Of a stretch of 64,000 bases of DNA, positions 33,601 through 47,500 are shown piece by piece (the first letter of the stretch is position 1; each line of letters starts with the position of its first letter). The translations under genes were made by a program, and so were the position numbers. The notes beneath the pieces were generated by a model, which worked only from the letters and a program-made list of their open reading frames with translations, ran no database searches and was not told where the DNA came from. Source of the stretch: Styela clava (lineage: Eukaryota); assembly GCF_964204865.1 (NCBI RefSeq), contig NC_135257.1:11346001-11410000 (forward strand). Direction: 5' to 3'.

Positions 33601-36600
33601 AAGGTTTCAAGTTTTTTCTGTTTTGTTCCACTTCCACTGCCTTCTGTCACTTGGCTCGCTGTTAAACTGAAAATAAAATGTATAAAATATAAACAGCAGC
33701 TACATAATCTTGTACACATTTAGTAAAATTTTCTGCTGGCTTGACCTGCTTTATTGATTAGACAGTATGAAATATGGTGGACAATTGCCTCTGACATAAA
33801 TTTGCCTGACCTGGCTGGGCATCACAACTGTCAACATCGCAACTAATACAATTCTAACTTTTGTATCAGCTTGAAGTTACACGAGTATAAAATTATTTCT
33901 AATTACTGATTTCTCTATTTATCTTTTCAGTCCTGCCAGTATGTTAGTTTAGCAAACCATTGCTTATTTCATTTCCTAAATGAAACTGTTTTAAGTACCC
34001 GAGTTTAAGAACTATAATTCTGTAGTTACGTAAGCCCATATGGCGTTCTGGCTGTAGAAGAATTAATTAAAAAAAAGGTTTGGCTTACTTTGATGTATGC
34101 ACTGAATCAGTGTTGATGAATGCATGTCTTCTTCTGAGGTGGTTCAAAAGATTGCCGGTAGACTCGCAGTATGACAACTTCTCTTTACAGAAGTTGCAAA
34201 TCACATATGAATATCCCTCCTCTTTTGACGGGCGAGAAAAATGTTCCCAGACTAAGGAATTGGGGCGCTGTCCCTGCCGCCTAGGTGTTATTTTTTTAAA
34301 GCTACTACTGATATTAGACATTCTGAATAATAAAAATGCATTGCAAATAGTCATATAATTAAGTTATACTAGTAAGCTACCGATGCCTGGCCGCACATTT
34401 TGCAGTCCAATGAGTTTAACAGCAGCGCATGGCACCCTGTCAAGTACCACGTCCCGGTTCTCCTACAATTTGCAATGCAAACTTGTAACAATCAGTCCCC
34501 ACTCAGTCTTGAACCACTGAATTGTTGAACCCAACACCGCAGAAGAACACTGAAAAAACTTGTTGTAATATTCCGCTTGACAACACGACAGAACAATACG
34601 GCAATAACACTCGCAAATGGCACACAGAGTTTGTAGACTACCCCACGCTGAGTTTTACTGTTACCGGTAACAAATATTGATAGATTCCAGGATTAAATAA
34701 CTAAATACAGAACAGTTAGTAAATATAACACGCAATAAGTCCCATCCTATCCTAACCTATTGATTCCCAACTAAATAATAACAATAGCAGAAATCTAATA
34801 ACTCACAAAACGCACACTCAACTAAATCCTAAAGGACCGGCAAAGCAGATGACTGCCGATTGCGCCATCACAGCTCGTCTCGCTCACGCACAACAGAGAG
34901 CAATACAAGATACTAACTAAAGAGCAAGGGTCGACGTCGGTCGATTGCAGCAGCCAATAGCGTGCAAGACAAACATATTGCGACATCGCTCAATACTCAC
35001 TCTCAAATACAATAAAGAAATAAACCAATGTTCAGACCTGTTGAAAATTGTTGTCGTAAAATTACGCATCAAAGAAGCCCGGGCGATATGTGAATTCGAC
35101 TTTGCGAACGAGCAAAGAGTTTTGCAGACCACTAGCAGATGTCTCGCTGGTGTGTGTTCCCCACTGCAAAACGAACGCAAAACGAGAGCACTTCGCCGAA
35201 AAAAAGAAGGCAAATCACTCTCTAAAGTATATCTTTCGTCGTTGAAATGAATGCTAATTTCATCAAACAAAGAACTGTATCCCATTATAAAGCGCAAATT
35301 CATTCGAGAGAGATAGCCGGACGAGCGCTTATTTGTTTGCTTTCGAGTGAAATCATATCTGGAAGACAACCGCCGTTAATAAAATCGAGAGTCGGCGTTA
35401 TTTTTTGTAAAGCCACGTTATCGTTTTTCGAATCGCCCGAGTGCGATTCGAATCGATTCGAAAAGGCAACGATTCGAATCGATTCGATTCGGAAATCCAA
35501 ATGTGGCATCCCTAGCTGCGACCAAGTGAATTTTATTTTCATACGATAAATTAACATATAAAAGCATTCATATCATTATGGAATGACAAGTTGGATTTGG
35601 TCAACCATATTGCCATTTTTGATTTTTCAACAAATCTCTGTATCAGGACGTAAGTTTATTTGTTACAGTTTGCAAATGCAATGTATAATATATTTTTCGT
35701 TCTTAGCCTGAAAAAGAATACAAGCCTTGGGAAAACAGACTTCCTACAGTTGAAAAATCTGTGAAGACCAAAGATGGAACAAAGCAATCAACTTTAGCAC
35801 AACAAGTACCTGGAGCTTCTGCTCCTAATGTTGCAGATGGTATGTAACTTTATTTATCTTACCATGAAAGCTTTTACCTCTTTAAAATATTAGAAGACAT
35901 TTGAGTGAATTGGAAATGATGTAATGCTCTTCACTTTTTTATACTTTGCGCCATTGCCAATTGAAAGCATTTGCAAGAGTTTCAAAGGTAACTGTTATAA
36001 CTCTTGACTCCTTAAGCATCTCGTTTTTCACTTTCAATGAACATACCTGAAGCAAGCCCGTATCATAAATGAAATAAATAGTAATATTTCATTATGTTTG
36101 ATTGAAATTACATTTTATAGGTCCAGCTCAAGGTCGCCCACATGAATACATTGATCAGGCAGTTCAGTGGTCTAAAATGTATCAAACAATGGATAAATCA
36201 GGAAATATCAAAAGGGTGAAACCACAGGATATAGGTGGAGAAGATTTAGAAGGATTTCTCTTTACTGATCTGGAGGCAGAAAAGGTGAATACTGCAGAGC
36301 TAATGAATTTCAACTTTGAATTCATACATTTTGCTCTGATCGAGGCTCTGTACAGGCAGCCACTTTTTTTAAAAAGATCCAAAACTTCCTGAACCTGCGA
36401 TGCCATATTAGTTAAGTCTAATGTAACCACTAGGCCAATAGCCCACAAAATTACTCTCTATTTGTAAAATAATGTTTGAAAAAATCAAAATTTAATGTGA
36501 CTACTATTCATTAGGTCGCATATAACGGTAACAAACGGCAGAAAATGGATCAACAACAGCCACCCTCTTTCCGATCCAAGGAAGCAAAAAAGAGAACTAT

Positions 36601-36679
36601 GGGAATGGCTAACAGAGACAAAATGTTTGTTGAAGAAGAGAAAAGGCTCTTAAGGCAGGAATTCGATGCCAATTACTGA
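30651..36679 (+). CDS. C1orf52: UPF0690 / C1orf52 homologue, 4 exons, 235 aa
   Basis: In-phase GT-AG exons 30651-30896, 35707-35839, 36121-36284, 36515-36679. Motifs DPLSFFAA, KKLPPP, RPEF..DPL.Q.VDW....KAPE.PEKEYKPW, IDQAVQWSKMY. AATAAA at 36777. Confidence 0.85.
31236..35514 (-). mobile_element. Full-length hAT DNA transposon (4279 bp) in intron 1 of C1orf52
   Basis: Perfect TSD GCTGCGAC (31228-31235, 35515-35522); TIRs TAGGGTTGCCAC / GTGGCATCCCTA; subterminal TTCGAATCGA arrays; transposase inside. Confidence 0.95.
31563..34321 (-). CDS. hAT transposase (ZBED1/Ac-like): BED finger, DDE core, dimerisation domain; 5 coding exons, 645 aa
   Basis: Exons 34321-34089, 33666-33008, 32848-32550, 32386-32105, 32027-31563 splice in frame with no stops. 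Motifs: BED VWEHF..C..C...TGNLLNHLRRRH, TTDAWTS, VTDNGAN, CAAH, TRWNST, WW, SAASERAFSSAG. Confidence 0.9.
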
Positions 36680-36776
36680 TTCCTACTGAATCGTTGGTTT
36701 TTATGCTTATAAGGCTTTCATAAGGACAGATTAAGATTTATCTACTGGTTTGGGTTTATTCCTCCCCAAAATAATG

Positions 36777-36782
36777 AATAAA
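36777..36782 (+). terminator. Polyadenylation signal at the end of the TADA3-C1orf52 cluster
   Basis: AATAAA about 100 nt after the C1orf52 stop. Confidence 0.6.
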
Positions 36783-38529
36783 AAAAGCTAGTATTATGTT
36801 ATTCAGGGTGGTCCAAACTCTGGCATGCGAGCCCGATGTGGCCAGCCTGCAAACAGTTTTTTTAATTATTTTGATCAGGCAATGGTCATTATTTTTGATG
36901 CTTAGTTATTATGATACAAAAATTGTTTTTCGTCTTATATACCAAACTTTTAGACTATGGTACAGTACAGGATGAGTATTTTAAATGCTTATTTTCAGAT
37001 AGAAATATTCAGGATGCATTTCGTTATTACCTTTTTTTCATTGCTATATAGCTCTTGTTGTGTGTAGTAGGGGACCAAGCTAGCATATCTACACATAGGG
37101 AAAATGGCCAGTTATGCCATTGTACATGAATTGCATGGTCAACAGTGAAATATATACTTCACACAACTGCCAACAAGAATATCCATCAGACTCAACTGAT
37201 TGGAATTAACATTGTTTTCAAACCAGCCTGTTTCTATCTACCGTTTACCTTGCAGTAATTCACTATCAAATACAAATTATGCTTGGGATTGGTAATATCA
37301 GTATTCAGAATAGTTTCATTTTGTAATCGTTTGTAATGGTACTTCAGAATATTGTTGCCATCAATATTTTCATAAATGAATAAATATATTAATATTTGTT
37401 GCGTTTCTTATTGTATTGCACTTGGGATATATAATTGCTCCTATGCGTGTATAATTGCTCCAATTGTTTTGGAAAGTAATACAAAAAATAATTTGTGCTT
37501 GTACTTCTGGTGAGTTTATACCGCAAGTGTGTGATTGAACGCAGCTTGCATAGCAAAAATCGGAGGAACCAAAACTTCAACATACTTCTCCTAAGCTGGT
37601 CACTTTAAGTAAAACAGTTTGTAGCTAGGTTGCATGAATAGATAATGTTCAAAATAGCTACAGATGGTTTACACCATTTATTCAAAAATCATTGTGGGAT
37701 AAATATGTTTCTTTGCTCTGACATTTTTTTATTCAGTAAGGTCTGTAAAGCAGTATCTCAAAACCTAACGGCATGTGAAAATCTTCTTAGGTCGCCTGTT
37801 TTTTCAACAAAAGATTAAAAGTTATCGGTTTCATTTTCTAGGAAGTTTTATTGAAGTGTTTCTTGCTCAGTAATAACTATGTGTGGGTTGAACGATTTCA
37901 AAAACCTTTCAATTAATTTTTGTTGAAATAAACGCTATATAATGATGACTGTTTCATATTAGTCATTTAACTTTGTGGCCATAACAGCACTACATGCTGC
38001 ATATAATAAGAGTATATCATTCGGTCACAAGATTTGTCTAGCTTGAAATAAGGTTGGGGACTAAGGAGTTGAAAGACGATAATGCCTGAAACGGTCTTAA
38101 ATAACCTTTACACCCTTTCATTTCTGACATTGATTCTTTTATTATAAAAATGAAAAGGTAAGCAGCTCACAGTTCAAAATAATTCATGCATTTACAGACA
38201 GACACATGATGGGTAAACATATGTAAATAAAGAAATTACAAAAGTTTAGAACTTGAAATTAGGTAAAAAAAACATGATTTGAAAATATCAGCACAGTGAG
38301 ATTGTAGTTAAAACAAATGCTCTTTTATACAGTGAATAGACCGTTGTCATGAAAACTCTACTCAGAAATGAATGAGAAAATATGACTTTGCTTTGAGCGA
38401 ATACTCTCGAAATATAAACCTTTTCATCTTTACACAACTGTAATAGTTTTGTCTATATAAAATACAGGATTGCACGAATGCACTGCTTGCTGCACTTTGA
38501 TATACCAGTGGAGTCAGGAGATGACAAAA

Positions 38530-41500
38530 CTAAGGATTAGGCTTACCATTGTAACAAGCAGTCTGCTTGCCATGATAAATTTTAACATTGGTTGTGAAAG
38601 GGTCCGATAATATTTGAATAGGTATTTTTTTCAGCGGAATTGAACTTTTGGAATGTAATGTGTAATTAGAGTATTGACTGGTTACTGTCCATGAACTTGA
38701 TTTTATTTTGGGTATAACATCATTGGAAAAAGTTTTTTGACTATTCGGAGTTGATGCAATAAGCAATTCTTCATTCTTTTGGTTTGAGCGCGCAGTATTG
38801 CCATCAAAATCAAGTTTGGACATTTGAGTCTCAATTTCTTCTCTTAGTTTGTCAGATGCTCGAGCTTGGCGAGACGTTACGTCAAATTTTTTGTTTCCTG
38901 ATATGTGAAAATTATTTATGTATCATTTGAAACCAAGCAGTGTAGGCCTCACGATAACAATATGTTGACAACATATGATGCTTTCAATTGCTCAAACGAT
39001 GTTGAATAGAATTGTTATTCCCATCAGTGATCAACAATTTAAAGACCATCTTCTTGTAGATGTAGTTATTATCATTTTTTAAACACTGCTGGATTTAAAA
39101 TACATTCAGACTAGTTAGGTTTTCCTTGTTTGAGATGAATTAAAGTGAGAAACTGTTCAATGAGTGATAATAGAAAAATTTATGCATAAAGGTCCATTCA
39201 ATACCTTTTGAATACTCTTTAGTGCTTTCCTCAGCCTGACTCGAAGTTTTTCGTTTCTTGTGTCTGCTTTTTGGTCTAGACTTCTTAGAATGTCTGAAAA
39301 ATATAACCGGGTGATAGACAATTTTAAACAATGAACAAGACTGTTTCAATATGCAGACAAGCTCCAATAACTGTTGCTCTGAAAATTATTTAATTTTTTT
39401 GTAGTATTACAAGAAGGATGATGCCTAGTCAATCTACCAAACAAGTTTGATTATAGTGAGTTTTGAATAGATACGCAATGCCGATGTATATTGAAAACGA
39501 CTAACACGATTGCCTGTGAAAGAACCTGACTATTCTGTCCTTTAAAATTTTATTCATAACTCAAAGTGTTGCTACTGATGAATTATAATCTGGAAGTAGG
39601 ATAGAATTTACATATTTATCCAGGGGGAGAAGAAAGCTGATAAAACAGCCTAATCATATGAGAAACCACTACTAGTTATCGAGCAGCGATGTTCGTGTTT
39701 AAGTCTAAAAGTAATGGATAATAGCATTAATCAAACAATGATTATAAAAGAAGTTTACGTCGAAATGTCCTGGATATGCCCAATACCAAGAGAATCAATT
39801 ATTAACGACTCCGAACACTGTCACGAGAGTAACCATGGTCTGTACAGCAACGATAACTAAGATAAGGCAAATAGCAAAAATATTACTTTGTAGTGCTTGG
39901 TCTTGAGATTTTACATTTCGATGGTAGAGCATTATCTCTTTCTTGTGCACCATCACATTCGTTAATCAAATCTAATAGCTTCAGACTTGAAAAACTTTCT
40001 GAAGCAACAGAAGGTCGACGAAGCTCAATTTCACCATGATCACTGTCTGTACCATCATCACCATCGGATGGATGACAAAGTTCCGACAAGTCTAACCATG
40101 TATCTGATTTTGGTGGTTCACTTTTCGACCGCAAATCAAAATTCCTTTTTGATTTATTTAGATCATTTTTCTGGAAGTTTGATGAAGTATTTTCTTCACA
40201 GGGAAGCTTTACGACACAGTGGATTCTTTCTTTTCCTTTATGAGAATATACTTCAGATGATTTTTCAGTTTGTGTTTTCTTTTGTTCAACTTTGAATTGC
40301 ACACTGGGTCTTCTTAGTAACTGTAACAAGAAAGTTCAAGTATAATTACAAAGCTATGTTATACATAAACAAGCAATTCAGCACACCTTGAATAACACGA
40401 TGCGCATATATATATTTATGATATTGGAATTGATGAGAGCCCATATTAACTCTATATAAACCTTGAAATATAGATGAATCAAGTTTTGAAAATATGATCA
40501 ATTGCTCATTTACATCATTTTTTTACTGTTCTCACTTCTTAGTATAAAAACAACTAACCAATCAATGGATATCATTTGCTGTACTGTACAATGAATACTG
40601 AGTTTTTGATCATAGGAATGTTATTTTATGTGATGTCAGCAGGCCGCAATGATGTTCTACCAAAATGAAATCCTATGCAGCTGCCAATTATTGTCGGCCA
40701 TAAATATTATATTGAAAGTAGTAAGCAGTCATGTTTTACTTTATAGTGTGTTCAAAAGGGTTAAGTTAGGCATGGTGATGACATGATTAAGGAGATATAT
40801 TAAATTTCGATCGAATTTACGTAGAATGTTGTTCTAGAATTCTGGATATGGATTATTTCAATTTGACTGGTAATTTCAAAAATAAGTAAATGTTTACTAT
40901 ATTCCTTGAACAATTTGTCCTTCTCAATTTTCCAAGCAAAAAAAAATTTTGTGTCTTTTAGAATCTTTTTTGCTAGCATTTGAAAAACAGTGATGGCCCA
41001 TAGGATTTGTCAAACATAATGAATAATTACCTATCATGAACTTGAATATTTTTTTCAAAGTGTTCATAAGAAATCGTTTGACATTGTGATAAAATCACAA
41101 AAAATATCATTTACTCATAGCAGTAACCAAGGGTCGAAAGCAGCTTTATTTCCCAATGAAAACAATGAATGATTTTGGTATCAACATGAATAGATTAATA
41201 AAAACCAATGTGGTAAAAGACAATTAGATTTGTGTTGAGAGGAAACAATTACACTCAATAGAAATGAATACATTTTGTTGAATTTACAAAAACGTCTGTT
41301 GTCTTTGTCACCTTTGTTTATTACTCTATTGTCTCAAACAATAGGTAGAAATAATCACACAACAAATCAAAACACAATGTATAAAATTTGTTGAACATCT
41401 ATTGATTCGCATGGGATAATTTAACAGTCTCGCTCGAAAGAATTTCTATTATAAAAAGTGTGTGTTTATGTCTATAAAAAGAAGTACAGTAATAAATCGA

Positions 41501-44500
41501 TACAGTCTTCCTATTTACTATTGTTGAATATAATGTGAAATGTTGAAACAACTAAATAAAGTCAATGAGTTGACTAAATCAACCGAATTAAATGAAATCG
41601 GCCACAGTTTGATCAAAAATGACAAAATGGGTCAGTTTTGCTTATTTATTGCTCTATATCCAAGTGACAACCTTAGTTCGGGGACTCCTATTATCATGAG
41701 GTGATATAACTTCATTTCCAAGATCTGTCGAAAGTTTTTTCTCATATTCTTTATAAAGATTTGCAATAAAGTCTGGGCTACTACTCCTCTCACTCTCTGG
41801 GCTGAAATACAAAAATACATAAACTGAGTTATACCAACACTGCGAAATGCATCACAAAGAATATTAAAAATAAACTAATAGGAAAAATTACCGTACTTAT
41901 TAATTAGTGAATTCGATACCGAAATTATGTAATAATGAGATTGTATTTCAACAGAAAAACATTATCTAGTAGGCAGTACCATGACTAAGAAAGGGCGTGC
42001 TAATGAAACGTTTTTCCTTATATTACTTGATGATCATATTAATGCCCTCCACCTTAATTTGAGAACTTCATTTGCTTGCAGAAAAGTATAAGTATATAAG
42101 CACGGACCAAGCAAGAAGAAATGATTCACATTAAGTTTGATAAATTTTTTCCAACCTTTTATCGTTTTCCAAATTTTCCTGTGAAATTCTCCTTACAGTG
42201 TCTATATTTTGTGTGACATGGGGCACCTCAGCATTTGCAATAGGGCTATTTCCCATAGTATAATCTAAAAACAGAATTAACATGAAGAATAACACGCACA
42301 TCACAGTTCATATATTATCTAATTTTGTTCTCTACCATCAAAAATGAATGAATTGTTTTATACTTTATTTGTGATAGCAAATCTATGCATTAAATCCTAT
42401 TATAGGAAATTTACAAAACCATCAGTATCAGTAGTTCAGTTTTACACATGCCGAAAATACCCATTGTACAAACAGAATAATAGTAATGGTTATCGAGCAG
42501 CATCACCTATGAAACCATAATAACAGGAATAAGTCAAATCATTTACATAATAAATACAAAGACAAATCTATACTCAGACAATTAGATAAATTATGCAAAT
42601 TTTTCACATGTTAATCAAATTCGAGTGCTTCACCAGTGGTTACGTAGATTAGGAACAATGATAAGGTAGCCAGAACTACACCCGTATAAAAAATATGCTC
42701 GAGTGTATAGCCAAACAATCTAAAATTGAGTAAAAAATTTACCCATGCGATAAATAGAAGTCGTCTCAGAAGAATTATTGACAGAGTTAGCGTAAGAAAC
42801 TGCAGATGAAGGCCGAGATAGTTTCCTGCCTTTCATGCGGTCTGTAAAATCAAATGGTATTCAAACTTCATTTACCTACATGCAGGACTCACAACTAAAA
42901 ATCAAATTTCCCTTTTTTTTAGGTGTAAATTTGAACCTGTTGCTTAAGTACATGAAAAACAGGCTTCTTCAGACTCACTCTGAACATGATCAAAAGTTCA
43001 AGTTTGGGGAATAATTATAAAGAAGATTGCTAAACTGCTTGTTGGCGTAGGGTGGTTCACACAACCACTGGTCAGATATGGCTTCTTCCACCATTAGTCC
43101 AGGCATCTAAATCAAATCCCATACCTGACATGGACTGGTAACCGGACGAGAGGCTTAGGTTTGCCATCTTATCAATTTCTCTCTCTCCCCAGATAAATAT
43201 AAAAACTTATCCTACATGAGGAAATATGTTAGACTACTAACTGTTTCCAAGATTTAATAGTCGATTTCCGGCAGTTTTTGGTCTTTCAAGTCGCCGAAGA
43301 AGTCTATCACTCTGTTCTTGCACAAGGTCTGGTAAAACATGTCCAGCCCTGAATAATTTGATTAAAGAAATATAAAAGCATGTTATTATAAAGAGAAGAA
43401 TTTTAAATTGCGACGTTGAATAGTTAGTCAAAGAGCGACAATCCATAAAATAAAAAGTAAAAATACTGTTTTGAATAGGAAACTAGCATGTATGCCTGAG
43501 CAGGCAACAAGAGACTTATTTGCACTAAGTAAAGAAAATATTTGGCTGGAATAACTCACAGTGATAGCCAAAAATAATAGTAATAATAAACAGAGTTCTT
43601 GAAAATTCAAAATGCCCGAATAAAAAAAAGTGAAATTGAAAACTAGAAGCGCTATAAAATGAAATACTGGAATAGATTTGTGCAGATTATCTCAGCCAAA
43701 GAAAGCTAACATTCTAAGTGTATCAAATCTGTACTTGATCATAGTAATTAAGTCTTGCTATGGCGCCAGCTTGTAAATAATATTCAGAACTTGATATTCC
43801 TTACTTTGATATCATAAAACTCTTGAAAAGTGTGTTATATATAATTTAAAACCAAGTATATTTCAATATGACTCAAATATTACCATCACCAGCGAAAGTC
43901 CACAGACACATTTAAGTGGAAACACTTCATTTTGAAGCACCTCAAGAGTTCTTTCAAAACACTGTATAACAAGATTTCATCCTATCGTTTCAAGAACACT
44001 TATAAGGGTGTAGAGGAGTTAATGATTGAAAGCATTTTGTTTCACAAAGCTTTAAAAAATTCACTCAGTTCAAATACTGAACATGAACACTCTAGGCATA
44101 AGAAATAGATTTTAATACAATTTTAAACCAGAAATTTTGTTATTTAAAAAAGGTATGAATCCATCATTTTCAAACAATGACATGCTTTGAAAATATATAG
44201 ATTTATTGGAAGTGTATCCAAATACCAATAACACAGAAATAATATTACATTCATAATTTGAATTATCATCTCAAATAATTCTGATTAATTCAATTCCCTT
44301 AGCAATAACTCTTAGCTACGCTATCATGAAGCTTTAAAAAACAAATAATAGAGTACATCATATTTTATATTCAATGTTACATTTTGCTATTTTTGCTAAG
44401 CAGGATCTAGGTCAGGGGTTCCCAAGCTTTTTTCAGGACGACCCCAAAGACAACTTTCGAGTGTCCAGGGCGACCCCAACTCAATATATATATTTTTCAT

Positions 44501-47500
44501 GAAACTTTAGAGCTTCTTTCACTGGACTTTTGAGTTTGGTCATGTGGTGGTATTAAGTAAAATGAGCTAAAACCAAACAGTGATATATGATATTATCATA
44601 ATAAGCACCTACATTTGCTATAGCATAAGGGTTAAGAACCTTTCTCCGACCTTTGACCCCCGGGAAATTCTTCCTACACTTTACTATTGCAAAGTTTTTG
44701 AGGCTTATTTTAAGAGTGGTTTCGCGAGTTGGCGCCTGTAAAATGGGGTATGTGTTTCAAACCATCATTATGACTTATCGCATACAACAATCTGTTTTTT
44801 AAAAGAACCGTTAAAGAATTTAGTCGATTACAGTTATTTCTACACTAATTTTTTATTACTGCAATTAAATTAAAACTCCTTAAGAAGACAGAGTGATCAT
44901 TGAATTATCTGATTTATATTTAAATTTCCGAAACACAACTGAAAACTAACGAATAGAGTTCAAAAACGCGAAAAACAAGGTAATGTTTACGACCACGCCT
45001 CAAAATCTGTCTGAGCAAGAAAAGTGTCTGAGCGGATGCGAAGAGGCAGCATTGTTACGTCACTTTTTGCTTCTTGCTGATTGGCCAATGTCATGAAGTA
45101 GACAAGAAAGTCGATGCTCGGGGAAAGGTCCATAGAGCGATGTCCATGGGCCTGTTTTACATAAGCCATGGTACAAATTGCTAAATTTAACATGGTTTGT
45201 CAAATCTTGGATGTTTTGTACATCCATCCTCTACCACATAGGTTCTCAAAGTGCTCCGTACGGAGCCCAAGGGCTCCGCGAGAGAAAACCAGGGGCTCCG
45301 CAAGCTATTCTATTACTTTTCAAAATACTGACTTGGCTAATTCAAAACTTTTCCTAGAAGCAATAACAGCTTTGATAAAATCTGACAACAATATAGCCTC
45401 GAAATATGGCAAAGTGGCGGAATTAAAATGACATTATTTATAAGCAGGAGCGCATCCAGGATTCCTAAGAGGGAGGAGGTTCACAATTGGAATCGGAAAT
45501 TTTTGCGCAACATTCTTTGCGATTAAAAAAAAAACGGATAACGAGATTTCTGTTGCGTAAATAATTCAATTCATGACCGATGCGAGCATTTAAAGTGTCT
45601 TGTCGTAATAATTTAATTGTGCTCATTGTTACTCACGTTCGAGACTACTATTAGGATTACTAAAATGAAAAAATACTATTGTAAAATACCAAACTGCGTG
45701 ATAAACTGCCAACTATAAATAAATTGGAGTCGTATTTTTGCGATCTTGGGATTTGTTAAATTTGATTTGTTCTTTCGCACTCGAGATTATTTTAAAGCAA
45801 GATATCGCCGTTTGAAAAATCACAAGGTCCTGGCAAAATTTATTTTGGTGCATGCGGCTCCGTCGGTAGTTTCAGAATGGAAAAATGATACATCGCGCGC
45901 ATAATTAATTGACTGTGTTTCAATTTCGCAGTTACTACGATGAATAACCGAAGAAAACCCAACATAACACCAAATTTTGTGATTTACAATGTCTATAAAA
46001 GCGTTTTTATTCTGGCGTGGGTCTGCTGAAACAAAACTTATATTGTTATCTCCCATTTTAAATTTTAGTTCTAATATTTTAAAATGCCGTTTTTCAATCA
46101 AGAAATTTGAATTGCGGATTTACCTCTTTATTAACTATTATTTTTAGCATTTCGTCACCGATGATTATAATATGGTAACATGTTTTTCCCATTGAACTCA
46201 TAATTCCCTTTGAGAACGAAAAAGCATTTATCGTCGTCATTGTGGAACAGTACATGTATATGCCGAAGGGAATTTTTGATTTAGGGAGAATAAACACCGG
46301 CGTAAAGATGTTTGAGGTTTAAAAACACGCCATGCTGACGAAAACAATCGGCAGTTGTAACAAAATGCAATCGCGCACGTTATTAGAGGCCTTTTAAGTC
46401 TTCCAAAAATGCCAAGAGGAGAAAAGATTCGACCCCTAATTTACAGCCTTAATATATACAATTTATCTTTGAAATTTAGATTTATTTATGACTTGTATTA
46501 ACCCTATTGAAAGGGTTTAGTATTTAAATTGAGTAAAGTACGTTTAACTTACTCAGGAATATAAATCGGAAATTAACAATTTTAACGTTTATTTTGGGGC
46601 TCCGTGAATAATAGTCAACCTTTTCAAGGGCTCCGCGACACCAAAAGTTTGAGAACCCCTGCTCTACCATACCTCAGCGACCCCATGACCTGTTTGCAAT
46701 CCTACCTACTTATCACTCCGACCCAATTTGGGGTCGCGAACCCTGGTTTGGGAACTCCTGATCTAGGTAATTGAGATCAACTTCATTTCATATATTGTTT
46801 TGAATGGATCCACCTAAAACTTTTATCTTGCATTAAAGCATCATTATTTTTAAAATTAAACAAGGAATTAGTATGTTTTAACAGCATTTAGTTCGGCACC
46901 AATACGGTCTATTTCAAGTTATTGCTGCAACTTCCTCGTAAATATTTAATTTATTCCAAAAATTGTTTTCATTATACTTTTCTTATTTTTCAAAGACTCA
47001 ATCAAAATTATCGATGAATATCAAGTCAAGTCTCTTAGGCGCTTAATGAGTCCTTTAAGTTTTTGAAAGGTGGCTCATGCTCACTGCAAGCAGTCTCCAT
47101 AAAAATTTGTTACTTTTTTTATTATATATTCATTTACACTTGAAGGCATTTATTCATGTAAAAGAAAACTTGATAACTAAGCCAGAATACTTAATTTCAA
47201 TGAAAATACCGGAAAAGTAAACCACTACACATCATTAATCCTATTCAAAAAAATTTATAATTGCATTAATAATAGCTAAAAGTCATACCATGCAAACTGT
47301 GAATTGATTGTTGACAAAGGAGGACAAGTCTCCATTTTTGTGTAACTGAAGACAGGCAATGAATGATTTTTCATCATCTTGATGCTGTTTTGATTGTTGT
47401 TGTTATTGTTGTTGTAATGTGGAATTATCCAATCCTGTGAAATAACAGCATTTAATACAGAACATAAAATTCATTAAAGATAAACAAATTCGGTTATGAT

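Larger units (their letters stand above)
44413..46760. mobile_element. Charlie/Buster-like hAT non-autonomous element (outer element of a nest)
   Basis: TSD ATCTAGGT (44405-44412, 46761-46768); TIRs CAGGGGTTCCCAA / TTGGGAACTCCTG. Confidence 0.9.

Noticed and set aside
34917-35557. Several 85-150-aa ORFs at the transposon's 5' end as a second element-encoded gene
   Set aside because: Overlapping on both strands, with non-ATG starts or running into subterminal repeats; no recognisable domain
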